Below are positions 29,001 to 37,959 of a DNA stretch of 46,557 nucleotides, piece by piece. Below the pieces are notes generated by a model. The model was not told the origin of the DNA, did no database searches, and was given only the letters and a program-made list of their open reading frames with translations. The stretch's first letter is position 1. Each line of letters begins with the position of its first letter. The position numbers and the translations under genes are program-made. The stretch is taken from the NCBI GenBank assembly GCA_023145275.1, contig JAGLEB010000055.1:1-46557 (forward strand), read 5' to 3'. This DNA is from Flavobacteriales bacterium (GTDB lineage Bacteria; Bacteroidota; Bacteroidia; Flavobacteriales; JADGDT01).

Positions 29001-30507
29001 TAATATGGAAGGTTCTCAGCATGTAACAGTAAAAGATCACTTAATTACTATTCCTTCTCTAACAATTAGAGATAGTGAGAAAGGTACAAAAGGTACTCTT
29101 GTGGGGACAATTAAGAATTATGATAATTACAAACATTGGGATCTTGACTTGAGTCTTAGTGGCAATAAACTTCTTGTTCTTAATACTACTGAAGATGAAA
29201 ATCCGCTTTACTATGGGACCGTGTATACTTCAGGTAATTTTAGCATTAAAGGTCCAACATCTAGTTTGAAATTTGATATTTCAGCAAGAACAGAAAAAGG
29301 GACAGTTTTTTCTATCCCCTTACAAAATAGTAGAACTGTTGCCGAGAGTGATTTTATACATTTTATTCCTCCAACAAAGTACCTTACAGAAAAGGAGATA
29401 GAAGAACTCGAAGAGGAGAGTGTAAGGGAGTATGAAGTAGATTTATTTAGGGGAATGGATCTGACATTTAATCTTGAAGTTACTCCTGATGCAGTAGTTG
29501 AGATTGTCTTGGACGAACAAGTTGGAGATGTAATGAAGGGTAGGGGAAATGGTGTTTTTAAACTTGATATTGATACTAAAGGGGATTTTACTATGAACGG
29601 GACTTACATCATTACAGATGGGGAGTACTTATTTACCATGCAGAACCTGATAAATAAAAAATTTAAGGTAAAGCAAGGAGGTACTATCGTTTGGAATGGT
29701 TCCCCAACCGATGCTATTCTTAATATGGAGGCTGTTTATAAAACAAAAACTCAGGTTGCCTCGTATTTAGATTATGCTCAAGGTGAAAGTTATAATAAGC
29801 TTTTGGTTAATTTGATACTCAAATTGGATGGTCCATTGATGAAACCCGATATCTCCTTTGATATAAAAATGCCAGATGCTGAAGCTAGTTTGCAGTCGCA
29901 GCTTGAGATGAAATTAAATGAAAGTGAAGAAGAGCGCAGTAGACAGTTTATTATGCTTATAACTCTAAACTCATTTGCATCTTCTACAACAGATATCTCA
30001 ATTGGGGGGAGCGTTGCTAGTAGTACAGCTGAATTGGTAGCTAATCAGCTTTCTAATATTGCTTCTGGAATTAGCGATAAGTTTGATGTAAATGTTAGTT
30101 ATACTACGGGGAGTGCCACTTCAGATATTAATAGTCTTAGAGAAGATTCTGATGAGTTGGAAGTAGGCTTGTCAAGTCAGTTATTTGACGATAGAGTTAC
30201 CGTGAATGGTAATGTTGGAGTGCCAGTTGGTAGTAGTCAGTCGTCTATAGTAGGAGATGTAGAAATATTAGTGAATATCACTAAAGATGGTAGATATAAG
30301 GGGAAGGTGTTTACGCGGCAGAATGTTGTGACTGATTTATTTGAAAGTGAAGGGTATACGCAGGGCATAGGTATATCATATCAAACCAATTTTGATACTT
30401 TCAAAGAGTTTTTAGATAACTTATTTAGACGTAATGTAAAAAACACTGAAGAGAAGTTGCCTAGCTTAGAATTAGAACAAGACACTACAACAGTGAAATT
30501 TAAATAA
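26023..30507 (+). CDS. tamB: TamB-like translocation/assembly module protein (DUF490 C-terminus)
   Basis: Very long beta-rich protein, divergent from tsaD. The first ATG is at 26188, but the frame is open from 25996 and encodes a typical TamB signal anchor (KKITIKRFREIILRISLVVLAIFLLISFVLSLSPVQTRIASF). The only start-like codons there are ATA 26023 and ATT 26032. Confidence 0.8.
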   Translation: MKKITIKRFREIILRISLVVLAIFLLISFVLSLSPVQTRIASFITTKVNKTYGTHMSISKVDLSVFGKVNFEGLSLLDYKLDTMLDVSSLRGNLDRLDLVGGIVKVDDLFLINPYVSVKIYDTDTISNFDIFLNKLKVKKDTIKKEKTFDFKSAGINVKNLSFKYEDQRAKRKQKFDISNLDLVVNSIQVNPTDVRFNINELSFLLSNGFNLKKFKGDFTYSATNILIENIELKTPNSSIYSDLRIDYPSIDHIVKKSPDVKLDFEIRYSEIGLKDIGMFVKGIDTDDEVKVSMKANGNVDKLIVSEIKLKTANKTELVAKMDLRNILSRDNFTYFLDIYKLSSNYGDLIDLLPPKIEKSVPSIIEKLGNFDLTGKTTFKYKQIKTDILFDSEVGKLLSQLEVTSKSTIEEASYKGEITVEDFDMREFLENERLGFASLSVKVDGSGFSLEKLDTFIEGKVTSFHYNGYEYNNIEVDGNVSNELFVGNLDIKDENIELSFNGLVDVGANIPKYKFDVFIDKADLVKTNIFTRDSIAFLEGTVSIDLEGKTVDDIVGSIELDNFVYQNENDLYYFDRFNITSEKKDLYHTISVSSSDIVDGEIEGEFYFGDIINVFENAIGSNFKNYEPKKVRGNQNLEFDISIKNKIIDIFVPSLRLYSGTKIVGSIDSESNRLKLKFDSPGIKLNDIKADSITLWVDNQSDFFNTLLKVKEIDNGKYSIHDLNLALVNDVDSIMLTAKFVGGDSLTESYDINAYQTMSKSDELVFGLLNSKLTILDHDWIINPNNNKRNKFILDTKTKDFKIDSISIASGLQKILLGGIKEGEDQKYYVNIDDIDIEEFIKENSKINPKGKVNADLTIEFSGKTIKPVANIKIDSLMLDSHFMGDLKVGMQSDEDNGVYKTSVLLYRHDIETLNADGIVDLSREIPSLDIDVNLDKLKLDFINVFTKKLFSDIGGYASGDVNVSGPLKNPDLNGFLDMKRVSIGVDYLGVGFNMEGSQHVTVKDHLITIPSLTIRDSEKGTKGTLVGTIKNYDNYKHWDLDLSLSGNKLLVLNTTEDENPLYYGTVYTSGNFSIKGPTSSLKFDISARTEKGTVFSIPLQNSRTVAESDFIHFIPPTKYLTEKEIEELEEESVREYEVDLFRGMDLTFNLEVTPDAVVEIVLDEQVGDVMKGRGNGVFKLDIDTKGDFTMNGTYIITDGEYLFTMQNLINKKFKVKQGGTIVWNGSPTDAILNMEAVYKTKTQVASYLDYAQGESYNKLLVNLILKLDGPLMKPDISFDIKMPDAEASLQSQLEMKLNESEEERSRQFIMLITLNSFASSTTDISIGGSVASSTAELVANQLSNIASGISDKFDVNVSYTTGSATSDINSLREDSDELEVGLSSQLFDDRVTVNGNVGVPVGSSQSSIVGDVEILVNITKDGRYKGKVFTRQNVVTDLFESEGYTQGIGISYQTNFDTFKEFLDNLFRRNVKNTEEKLPSLELEQDTTTVKFK

Positions 30508-30670
30508 TGTTGAAAGCTTAAAAATTACTGTTTAATTCTGTATACTTTAAATCTTAATATGAGTAACTTGGCATAGCAAAAAAAAAGTATTGAAAAGTAA
30601 ATCTTTTTAGTGTATTAATATTTAACAACGCTAGATTCTTTTAGTAGAATTTGCGATAAATTTTTTAATA

Positions 30671-31603
30671 ATGAAATTCGATAGAATATATAAACTAGAG
30701 GAAATAGCTAATATTATTGGAACGGAGTTTGTTGGAGATTCTAACTTTGAAGTTCATGGGATGAATGAAATCCACGTTGTAGAGACTGGAGATATCGTTT
30801 TTGTAGATCATCCGAAGTATTATAATAAAGCGCTAGAGTCGGCAGCAACAATTGTATTAATAAATAAAAAAGTAGCTTGTCCTGAAGGAAAAGCTCTGTT
30901 GATATCAGACGATCCATTTAGAGATTTCAATAAACTAACAAACAAGTTCAATCCTTTTATAGCTTCGTCATCTGCTGTTGCAGAAAGTGCTGTTATTGGA
31001 GAAGGTAGTGTTATTCAGCCTGGTGCCGTTATTGGCGAGAATGTGAAGATTGGAAAAAACTGTATTATTCACCCTAATGTTACCATTTATAAGAATGCTG
31101 TTATCGGAAATAATGTAATTATTCATGCAAATACAGTATTAGGGGGCGATGCTTTTTATTATAAGAGACGTCCTGAAGGGTATGATAGGTTGCTTTCCGG
31201 TGGGAATGTTGTTCTTGAAGATAATGTAGAAATTGGTTCTTCGTGTACTATTGATAGAGGTGTATCTGGATCTACGACTATAAAATTTGGAACAAAAATT
31301 GATAATAGTGTTCAAATTGGTCATGATACTGTTATTGGTAAACATTGCTTAATAGCTTCACAGACGGGTATTGCAGGAGCAAATGTGATAGAAGATGAAG
31401 TTACTATGTGGGGGCAAGTAGGTATTACTAGTGGAGTAACTATCGCAAAGAAAACCGTTATTTTAGCACAATCGGGAATAACAAAGTCTACTGTTGCTGG
31501 TACAAGTTATTTCGGATCACCTGCTGTTGAAGTAAGAAAAGGTTATAGGGAGTTAGCCGCTTTAAGAGACTTACCGAATTTTATTAAAAACGCTAAAAAA
31601 TAA
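30671..31603 (+). CDS. lpxD: UDP-3-O-acylglucosamine N-acyltransferase
   Basis: N-terminal LpxD-type domain (YKLEEIANIIGTEFVGD) followed by hexapeptide left-handed beta-helix repeats. Confidence 0.9.
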   Translation: MKFDRIYKLEEIANIIGTEFVGDSNFEVHGMNEIHVVETGDIVFVDHPKYYNKALESAATIVLINKKVACPEGKALLISDDPFRDFNKLTNKFNPFIASSSAVAESAVIGEGSVIQPGAVIGENVKIGKNCIIHPNVTIYKNAVIGNNVIIHANTVLGGDAFYYKRRPEGYDRLLSGGNVVLEDNVEIGSSCTIDRGVSGSTTIKFGTKIDNSVQIGHDTVIGKHCLIASQTGIAGANVIEDEVTMWGQVGITSGVTIAKKTVILAQSGITKSTVAGTSYFGSPAVEVRKGYRELAALRDLPNFIKNAKK

Positions 31604-31710
31604 AAGGGCTTAATATTTAGCAATATTTAAACATGATATTATTCATGTAATATTGCTCTAAGTTGAGTAAAAAAACATATATAAATATTTGTATGCGAAT
31701 GTAATAAATA

Positions 31711-31718
31711 TACATTTG
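31711..31718 (+). promoter_or_regulatory. -7 box TAcaTTTG (sucD)
   Basis: 43 nt upstream of ATG 31762. Confidence 0.45.
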
Positions 31719-31761
31719 TATTAAACTATGTAGAACTATAAAATAACCATATACAGATCAA

Positions 31762-32640
31762 ATGAGTATTTTAGTAAATAAAGATTCGAAGGTCCTTGTA
31801 CAAGGATTTACAGGTGGAGAGGGAACTTTTCATGCTGGACAAATGATAGAATACGGAACCAATGTGGTTGGTGGAGTAACACCTGGAAAAGGTGGACAGA
31901 TTCACTTAGAAAAACCAGTTTTTAATACAGTTGCTGAGGCTGTAAAAGAAACATCTGCTGATGTTTCTATGATTCTAGTACCACCTCCATTTGCAGCTGA
32001 TGCAATTATGGAAGCTGCAGAGGCTGGAATAAAAGTAATCGTGTGTATTACTGAGGGAATTCCAACTAAAGACATGGTTACGGTAAAGGAGTATTTAGCC
32101 GATAAAGACAGTAGACTAATTGGACCAAACTGTCCTGGAATTATTACACCTGAAGGTGCAAAAGTTGGTATTATGCCAGGCTTTGTTTTCAAATCAGGAG
32201 AAATAGGTATTGTATCTAAATCAGGAACTCTTACTTATGAAGCTGCTGATCAAGTTGTTAAGGCTGGATTGGGTGTTTCTACTGCTATCGGAATTGGTGG
32301 AGATCCTATAATCGGAACTACTACAAAAGAGGCTGTAGAGATGTTTATGAACGATCCTAAAACTAAGGCTATCGTGATGATAGGTGAGATTGGTGGATCT
32401 ATGGAAGCCGAAGCTGCTGAATATGTTCGTGAACACGGAACAAAACCTGTTGTTGGGTTTATTGCAGGTCAAACAGCTCCAGTTGGTAGAACTATGGGAC
32501 ATGCAGGAGCAATTGTTGGAGGAAAGGATGATACTGCACAAGCTAAAATGGCTATTATGGCCGAGTGTGGAATACATGTAGTTGAGTCTCCGGCAGAGAT
32601 TGGTAAGAAAGTTGCTGAGGTTTTTTCAGTAAAAGCATAA
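31762..32640 (+). CDS. sucD: Succinate--CoA ligase subunit alpha
   Basis: [23 protein letters not shown] and GHAGAIV (phosphohistidine loop) motifs. Confidence 0.97.
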   Translation: MSILVNKDSKVLVQGFTGGEGTFHAGQMIEYGTNVVGGVTPGKGGQIHLEKPVFNTVAEAVKETSADVSMILVPPPFAADAIMEAAEAGIKVIVCITEGIPTKDMVTVKEYLADKDSRLIGPNCPGIITPEGAKVGIMPGFVFKSGEIGIVSKSGTLTYEAADQVVKAGLGVSTAIGIGGDPIIGTTTKEAVEMFMNDPKTKAIVMIGEIGGSMEAEAAEYVREHGTKPVVGFIAGQTAPVGRTMGHAGAIVGGKDDTAQAKMAIMAECGIHVVESPAEIGKKVAEVFSVKA

Positions 32641-32676
32641 TACGCTAATGTGGTCTAAAGACCTTAACGTGCTAAG

Positions 32677-32707
32677 CCTTCATTGTTTATTCAATGAAGG
32701 TTTTTTT
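32677..32707 (+). terminator. Rho-independent terminator after sucD (convergent with the dnaX 3' end)
   Basis: CCTTCATTG (32677-32685) pairs with CAATGAAGG (32692-32700), followed by T7. Confidence 0.85.
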
Positions 32708-33322
32708 ATATAAGTTCTAATTGAAGTTTGGCGGTTAGCTTATCTAAAAGGGGATTTTTCTCAAGCATGAACATGTATTTTTCTTTGCTAGTAAATATCA
32801 ACTTTAAATTTTCGACTTCAGTGATATGTGTTCTAAATTTGATAGAATAGTTGTTGAGGTTTTCTCTAATGTATTGAATCATTTTATTGTCTTCGGAAAA
32901 CTGTGCTGAAAGAGTTTTATTTGGTACATCGAAGTGTATCGTGTTATCTTCTAGCCTTGGTTTATCAGCAACCATCGCAGAGTGTAAAAGCGTACTGCCT
33001 TGTTTCAAAAGTATCTCTGCATAGTTATTCCACAAAACAAGCATTTCTTCATATTTAAAAGAGTCTTTAGGCATGTTGCTGATATCCAGCTCACTTTCTT
33101 TGCCTTTCTTTTTCTTTTCTTCGAAATGGGAGCTTATAGAAAGAGATGTTTTTCTACCTCTTTGTTGGAAAGATGTAGTACTTCTTTTTACTGCAACTTC
33201 TTGCTCTACTTTAGCTGGCAGTTCTGCTGGTGCTTGAGGTTTTGGAGTAACAGTTACACTATCTTGAGTTACTGAAATTACAAAGCTTGGTGCTTTTATT
33301 GGGTATTTAAACTTTTTTTTTT
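32706..33322 (-). CDS. dnaX: dnaX tau-specific C-terminal extension, reachable only by a -1 shift at the A10 run
   Basis: The -1 frame is open for about 80 codons from the A-run into the 122-aa ORF 32706..33074. The linker is P/A/Q-rich (PKPQAPAELPAKVEQE). The distal part (FKYEEMLVLWNNYAEIL...) resembles Bacteroidota DnaX C-termini. Confidence 0.7.
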
Positions 33323-34387
33323 AAACCCAGAGTCAGAGTTGATAGATGATAACTGCATTAGAGTAATTTCTACAAGAAGTCTTTGGTTTTTACTTGTTTT
33401 GAAATTAATATCACATTCATTAGTGATTTCTAATGCTTGATACAAGAAATTAATATCGCATTTCTTGGATTGTTCTAGGTATTTTTCTTTTGTGTTTTTC
33501 CCTACTTCTAAAAGTTGCAATGTTGTTTCGTCTTTAGAAACTAGTAAGTCTCTAAAGTGAGAAGATAATCCTGCAATGAAATTATGTACATCGAACCCTT
33601 TATTTAATATTTCGTTTAACTGATTTAAGGCTCCAGGAATATTGTTCTCCAAAACTAAATCAGTTGTTTTGAAATAATAATCGTAATCTAGAACATTAAG
33701 ATTTTCTGCTGCATCTCTTGCGGTAATTTTATTTCCCGAAAAACTTACTACTCTATCAAACATCGAAAGGCCATCTCTCATTGCTCCATCAGCTTTTTGA
33801 GCAATAATGTGCAGGGCGTCATCTTCTGCCTCAATACCTTCTTCAGCAGCAATCATTCCTAGCTGTTGTTTCACATCGTCAACTCCAATTCTTTTGAAAT
33901 CGTAAATTTGACACCTCGAAAGTATGGTAGGAATAATTTTGTGTTTTTCAGTTGTTGCTAATATGAAAATAGCATGAGCAGGTGGTTCCTCCAATGTTTT
34001 TAGAAAAGCATTAAATGCTGATTGAGATAGCATGTGTACCTCGTCAATAATATAAACTTTAAATTTTCCTATTTGCGGCGGAATTCTAACCTGATCGTTC
34101 AAAGATCTAATATCTTCAACAGAGTTATTTGACGCTGCATCTAATTCGAAAATATTAAAGGCAAAATCATCATCGGGATCTGTGCTAGTATCTTCGTTTA
34201 TTTTCTTAGCTAGAATTCTGGCACACGTAGTTTTTCCAACTCCCCTAGGTCCAGTGAATAATAATGCTTGAGCAAGGTGATTGCTCGCTATTGCATGCTC
34301 CAAAGTGTCAGTGATAGCTTTCTGGCCAACTACATCTTTAAATGTTTTTGGTCTGTATTTTCTTGCTGATACAATGAAGTTTTCCAT
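33296..34387 (-). CDS. dnaX: DNA polymerase III subunit gamma/tau, frame-0 product (gamma-length, 363 aa)
   Basis: ARKYRPKTF, GPRGVGKTT Walker A, IIDEVHML and the SRC motif (LSRCQ). The ORF stops 5 codons after an A10 run. Confidence 0.9.
   Translation of the reverse strand: MENFIVSARKYRPKTFKDVVGQKAITDTLEHAIASNHLAQALLFTGPRGVGKTTCARILAKKINEDTSTDPDDDFAFNIFELDAASNNSVEDIRSLNDQVRIPPQIGKFKVYIIDEVHMLSQSAFNAFLKTLEEPPAHAIFILATTEKHKIIPTILSRCQIYDFKRIGVDDVKQQLGMIAAEEGIEAEDDALHIIAQKADGAMRDGLSMFDRVVSFSGNKITARDAAENLNVLDYDYYFKTTDLVLENNIPGALNQLNEILNKGFDVHNFIAGLSSHFRDLLVSKDETTLQLLEVGKNTKEKYLEQSKKCDINFLYQALEITNECDINFKTSKNQRLLVEITLMQLSSINSDSGFKKKSLNTQ
33313..33322 (-). other. A10 homopolymer (T10 on + strand): candidate slippery site in dnaX
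   Basis: Minus strand reads GGG TTT AAA AAA AAA AGT TTA AAT ACC CAA TAA. Confidence 0.8.
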
Positions 34388-34407
34388 TTGGTCTAAATTA
34401 TTTTGAA

Positions 34408-34415
34408 CAAATATA
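34408..34415 (-). promoter_or_regulatory. -7 box TAtaTTTG on the minus strand (dnaX)
   Basis: The + strand reads CAAAtaTA, 20 nt upstream of start 34387. Confidence 0.5.
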
Positions 34416-34466
34416 ATTGCTCATTCTTACTATGGCAAGAATTGTGTGTGATTTTTTATTATCAAT

Positions 34467-34482
34467 TGTGATAATTTTCACG
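34467..34482. promoter_or_regulatory. Near-consensus CRP/FNR-type site TGTGA-TAATTT-TCACG
   Basis: 9 of 10 half-site positions match. Located in the dnaX / lolD-like divergent intergenic region. Confidence 0.3.
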
Positions 34483-34678
34483 ATATGATAAATGTGATAT
34501 TGTGAAGAGATATCCGTATTTGTAGCTTTTAGCTCTGTTGTATATGTTTAATGCTGTAAATGATTATTGAAATTTGGATTCTACCAATTGACAATCGTAA
34601 TTTTTACAAAGCCTTTTTTTTATTTCATTTAGTAATTGTAGAAAATGGATTACTATATTTACGGAAATAATATTTTGA

Positions 34679-35347
34679 ATGATAATAGCAGAAAATATAC
34701 ATAAGTATTATGGTGATTTACATGTTCTTAAAGGTGTAAATGTTCATATTAAGGAGAAGGAAATAGTTTCTATAGTAGGGAAGTCTGGAGCAGGTAAAAC
34801 AACCTTTCTTCAAATTTTAGGAACTCTTGATGCTCTTGATGATAAGATTGATTCGAAGCTACAAATTAATAATAAGAAAATTATTGGTCTAAAAGACAAG
34901 GAGATGTCGAAATTTAGAAATGAAAATATAGGTTTTATTTTTCAATTTCATCAGCTCTTGCCCGAATTTGACGCTCTAGAGAATGTTTGTATTCCTGGAT
35001 ATATTGCAGGTAGGGATACAGTAGAGGTTGAGAATAGAGCTAAAGAACTGTTGAGTTATTTGAATTTGACAGATAGAATGCACCATAAACCATCTGAGCT
35101 TTCTGGGGGAGAACAGCAGAGGGTTGCTGTTGCAAGAGCACTAATTAATAATCCATCTGTGATTCTGGCAGATGAACCTTCTGGAAATTTAGATTCGCAT
35201 CAGGCTGATGAATTGCACAGGTTGTTTTTTAAACTGAGAGACGAATTCGGACAAACTTTTGTTATTGTAACGCATAATAAAGAACTTGCAGATATGGCTG
35301 ATAGAAAATTAGTTATGCAAGATGGAGAAATAATAGCAGGACATTAG
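34679..35347 (+). CDS. ABC transporter ATP-binding protein, LolD/MacB-like
   Basis: Walker [10 protein letters not shown], signature [15 protein letters not shown] and Walker [12 protein letters not shown]. Confidence 0.9.
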   Translation: MIIAENIHKYYGDLHVLKGVNVHIKEKEIVSIVGKSGAGKTTFLQILGTLDALDDKIDSKLQINNKKIIGLKDKEMSKFRNENIGFIFQFHQLLPEFDALENVCIPGYIAGRDTVEVENRAKELLSYLNLTDRMHHKPSELSGGEQQRVAVARALINNPSVILADEPSGNLDSHQADELHRLFFKLRDEFGQTFVIVTHNKELADMADRKLVMQDGEIIAGH

Positions 35348-35790
35348 AAGACGAAGGTGAAAAGCTCGAAGTAGAGAAGCTCGAAGCTCAAAGTATAAAA
35401 GCTCGAAGGTGAAAAGCTCGAAGGTGAAAAGTTCGAAGTAAAAAGCTCGAATGTAAAAAGTTGAAAGCCTAAATGTAAAAGCTCGAAGGTAAAAAGTTCG
35501 AAGTAAAAAGCTCGAATGTAAAAAGTTGAAAGCCTAAATGTAAAAGCTCGAAGGTAAAAAGTTCGAAGGAAAAAAGCTCGAAGTAAAAAGCTCGAAGCTC
35601 AAAGTATAAAAGCTCGAAGGAAAAAAGCTCGAAGGTGGAAGCTCAAACCGACGAAGGAGGTTCGTCAAGCAGCAATTGAAAATGGAAGTGCTAGAGAGGT
35701 AGAGGAAAAGCTGAAAGCTAGAATGTAAAAAATTGAAAGCCTAAAGGTAAAAGCTCGAAGGTGGAAGCTCAAATTTGAAAGCTGAATGTA
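35348..35790. repeat. Degenerate 14-15 bp tandem repeat array (GAAGGTRAAAAGYTC-like) with higher-order 65-bp units
   Basis: I count GCTCGAA 13 times, plus GTTCGAA, GCTCAAA and GTTGAAA variants. Segments 35431-35495 and 35496-35560 are identical 65-mers. Confidence 0.85.
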
Positions 35791-35807
35791 TTACGACTAA
35801 CCATTTT

Positions 35808-35917
35808 GTAACAAGCAACCAGAAACTAGTAACCAGTAACAAGCAACCAGCAACCAGCAACTAGTAACAAGCAACCAGCAACCAGCAACCAGTAACAAGC
35901 AACCAGCAACAAGAAAC
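35808..35917. repeat. CA-rich tandem repeat array (CAACCAG heptamer nested in ~27-bp units GTAACAAGCAACCAGCAACCAGCAACYA)
   Basis: I count CAACCAG 7 times. The array ends 5 nt before the ATG of the TIGR02757 gene. Confidence 0.85.
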
Positions 35918-35921
35918 TAAA

Positions 35922-36686
35922 ATGAACAAAGAACAACTAAAACACTACCTTGATTTAAAAGTGGAAAAATATAATCAGATAGATTTTATTGATTCAGATC
36001 CAATTCAGATACCACATAGATTTGATAAGAAAGAGGATATTGAAATAGCTGGGTTTTTAGCAGCCACAATAGCTTGGGGGAATAGGAAGATGATTATTAG
36101 AAATTCTAATAGAATGATGGATTTGATGGATAATTCGCCATTTGATTTTATTATGAATTATGAGGAGTCAGATTTGTTAGCTTTCGAAGGTTTTGTGCAC
36201 CGTACGTTTAACAGTAATGATTTTATTCAATTCGTAAAATCTCTCCGGAATATTTATGTTAATCACGGTGGGATAGAGTCTGTTTTTACTAAACATCAAG
36301 GAGAGCACAATATGAAAGAGGCTATTTATCAGTTTAAATCTGTGTTTTTCGAAATAGATCACTTACAAAGAAATACTAAACATATCTCTAATCCTATGAA
36401 GGGTAGTGCTGCCAAGCGTATAAATATGTTTTTACGTTGGATGGTTCGGAAAGATAATTTTGGAGTAGACTTTGGAATATGGAAAAATATATCACCCGCA
36501 AAATTATCAATTCCTTTAGATGTTCACTCTGGAAGAATAGCTCGCGAACTTGGGATGTTGTTAAGAAAACAAAATGATTGGAAGGCCGTTGCTGAGCTTG
36601 ATGAACAATTGAGATTGTTGGATCCTGCTGATCCTGTGAAGTATGACTATGCACTATTTGGAATTGGAGTTTTTGATGATAGGTAA
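35922..36686 (+). CDS. TIGR02757 (DUF2400) family protein
   Basis: SDPIQIPHRF..KEDIEIAGFLAATIAWGNRKMII and FVHRTFN motifs, recalled from this family. Confidence 0.75.
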   Translation: MNKEQLKHYLDLKVEKYNQIDFIDSDPIQIPHRFDKKEDIEIAGFLAATIAWGNRKMIIRNSNRMMDLMDNSPFDFIMNYEESDLLAFEGFVHRTFNSNDFIQFVKSLRNIYVNHGGIESVFTKHQGEHNMKEAIYQFKSVFFEIDHLQRNTKHISNPMKGSAAKRINMFLRWMVRKDNFGVDFGIWKNISPAKLSIPLDVHSGRIARELGMLLRKQNDWKAVAELDEQLRLLDPADPVKYDYALFGIGVFDDR

Positions 36687-36922
36687 GTCGTGATAATACG
36701 CTTAGATGCTTTTTCTCTCATCGATTAAAATAACATAAATATTATTTTTAGTAGTTATGTCTGTTTGTATGATAGTTATTTTAACTATCTTTTAGCTAAA
36801 TTTAATTATTACCTTAAATCTGTAAATGAGTATCTATTGTAATGCTGTACTGCATGCTATCATTAGCATGTTTAAGAATAACCACTAGAAGAATTGAGGT
36901 ATTATAATATAATGTAAACAGT

Positions 36923-37831
36923 ATGATTAGTTATAAGAATGCATTTATGTTGTTTTTCATGATTATTTTTACTTTATCAGAAGTTAAAAGTCAGGAATTA
37001 GAACCTCGTGCATTGACGAATCTTCCTTTGGGGACAAATTTTTTCGTTGCTGGATATGCTCACAGTAGAGGGAATATTTTGATGGATTCTTCTTTGCCGG
37101 TTGAGGATTATTATGGAAAAATTCATTCAACAGCATTTGCATATGCTAGGTCTATTAATTTCTTTGGTAAATCGGGGAAGATAGATGTGGTTTTGCCTGT
37201 TGCAACTGGTAATTGGACAGGGAATTATCTCGGGAAATACTATGACGTAAACTCACTTGGAATAGGTGATGTACGTGTCAGGGCTACAATTAATTTTACA
37301 GGAGCTCCTGCCTTAGGAAAATCAGAATATAAAAATTATAAACAGAAAACTGTTTCAGGGTTAAGTGTCCAACTAATAATCCCTACGGGTCACTATAATT
37401 CCGATCAACTACCAAACTTAGGTGGGAATCGTTGGGCTCTTAGATCTACATATGGTATTTCTCATACATTCAATAAATGGATATTTGAGGCCTATGCTGG
37501 GGTTTGGCTATTTACAGATAATCATGAATACTTGAAGGAGCATAATTTCTCTCAGCCCCCATTTTGGGTTGTTAAATTACATCTAACTAGAATCATTAAA
37601 AGAGGTATGTGGTTGGCTGTTGATAGTGGATATGGTTATGGTTCAGAAGCAAGAGTGGATAAAGAAAAGAATGAAGTGGTTTTGTCAGGGATGAAAGTTG
37701 GGCTTACATTTGCTCTTCCACTTAATAAATTCCATACTCTCAAATTTGCTGCTGTGGGAGGTTTTCGTTTCCAGCAAGGTGGTGACTTTGATAGGTTTGC
37801 TGTTGTTTATCAATACCGTTGGAATGATTAA
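36923..37831 (+). CDS. Outer-membrane beta-barrel 'transporter' family protein (MetA-pathway-like, PF13557-type)
   Basis: Signal peptide, then QELEPRALTNLPLGTNFFVAGY. Alternating beta-strand pattern and a C-terminal aromatic residue. Confidence 0.6.
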   Translation: MISYKNAFMLFFMIIFTLSEVKSQELEPRALTNLPLGTNFFVAGYAHSRGNILMDSSLPVEDYYGKIHSTAFAYARSINFFGKSGKIDVVLPVATGNWTGNYLGKYYDVNSLGIGDVRVRATINFTGAPALGKSEYKNYKQKTVSGLSVQLIIPTGHYNSDQLPNLGGNRWALRSTYGISHTFNKWIFEAYAGVWLFTDNHEYLKEHNFSQPPFWVVKLHLTRIIKRGMWLAVDSGYGYGSEARVDKEKNEVVLSGMKVGLTFALPLNKFHTLKFAAVGGFRFQQGGDFDRFAVVYQYRWND

Positions 37832-37924
37832 TCGATTTTATTCATCAAACAGGTGTTTATCCAGTAAATAAAACCATCATAAAACTCAGTATACTATTCT
37901 CTTTGTCATAGTAAACTCATTTAC

Positions 37925-37932
37925 TATATTTG
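37925..37932 (+). promoter_or_regulatory. -7 box TAtaTTTG (alpha/beta hydrolase)
   Basis: 27 nt upstream of ATG 37960. Confidence 0.5.
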
Positions 37933-37959
37933 AAAATAAATATTCAAAACCCATTAATA

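Noticed and set aside
35348-35917. The tandem repeat block as a CRISPR array or as a repetitive protein-coding gene.
   Set aside because: The units are 7-15 bp with no unique spacers, and no cas genes lie nearby. The mix of 14- and 15-bp periods breaks every reading frame, and no ORF of 60 aa or more exists on either strand.
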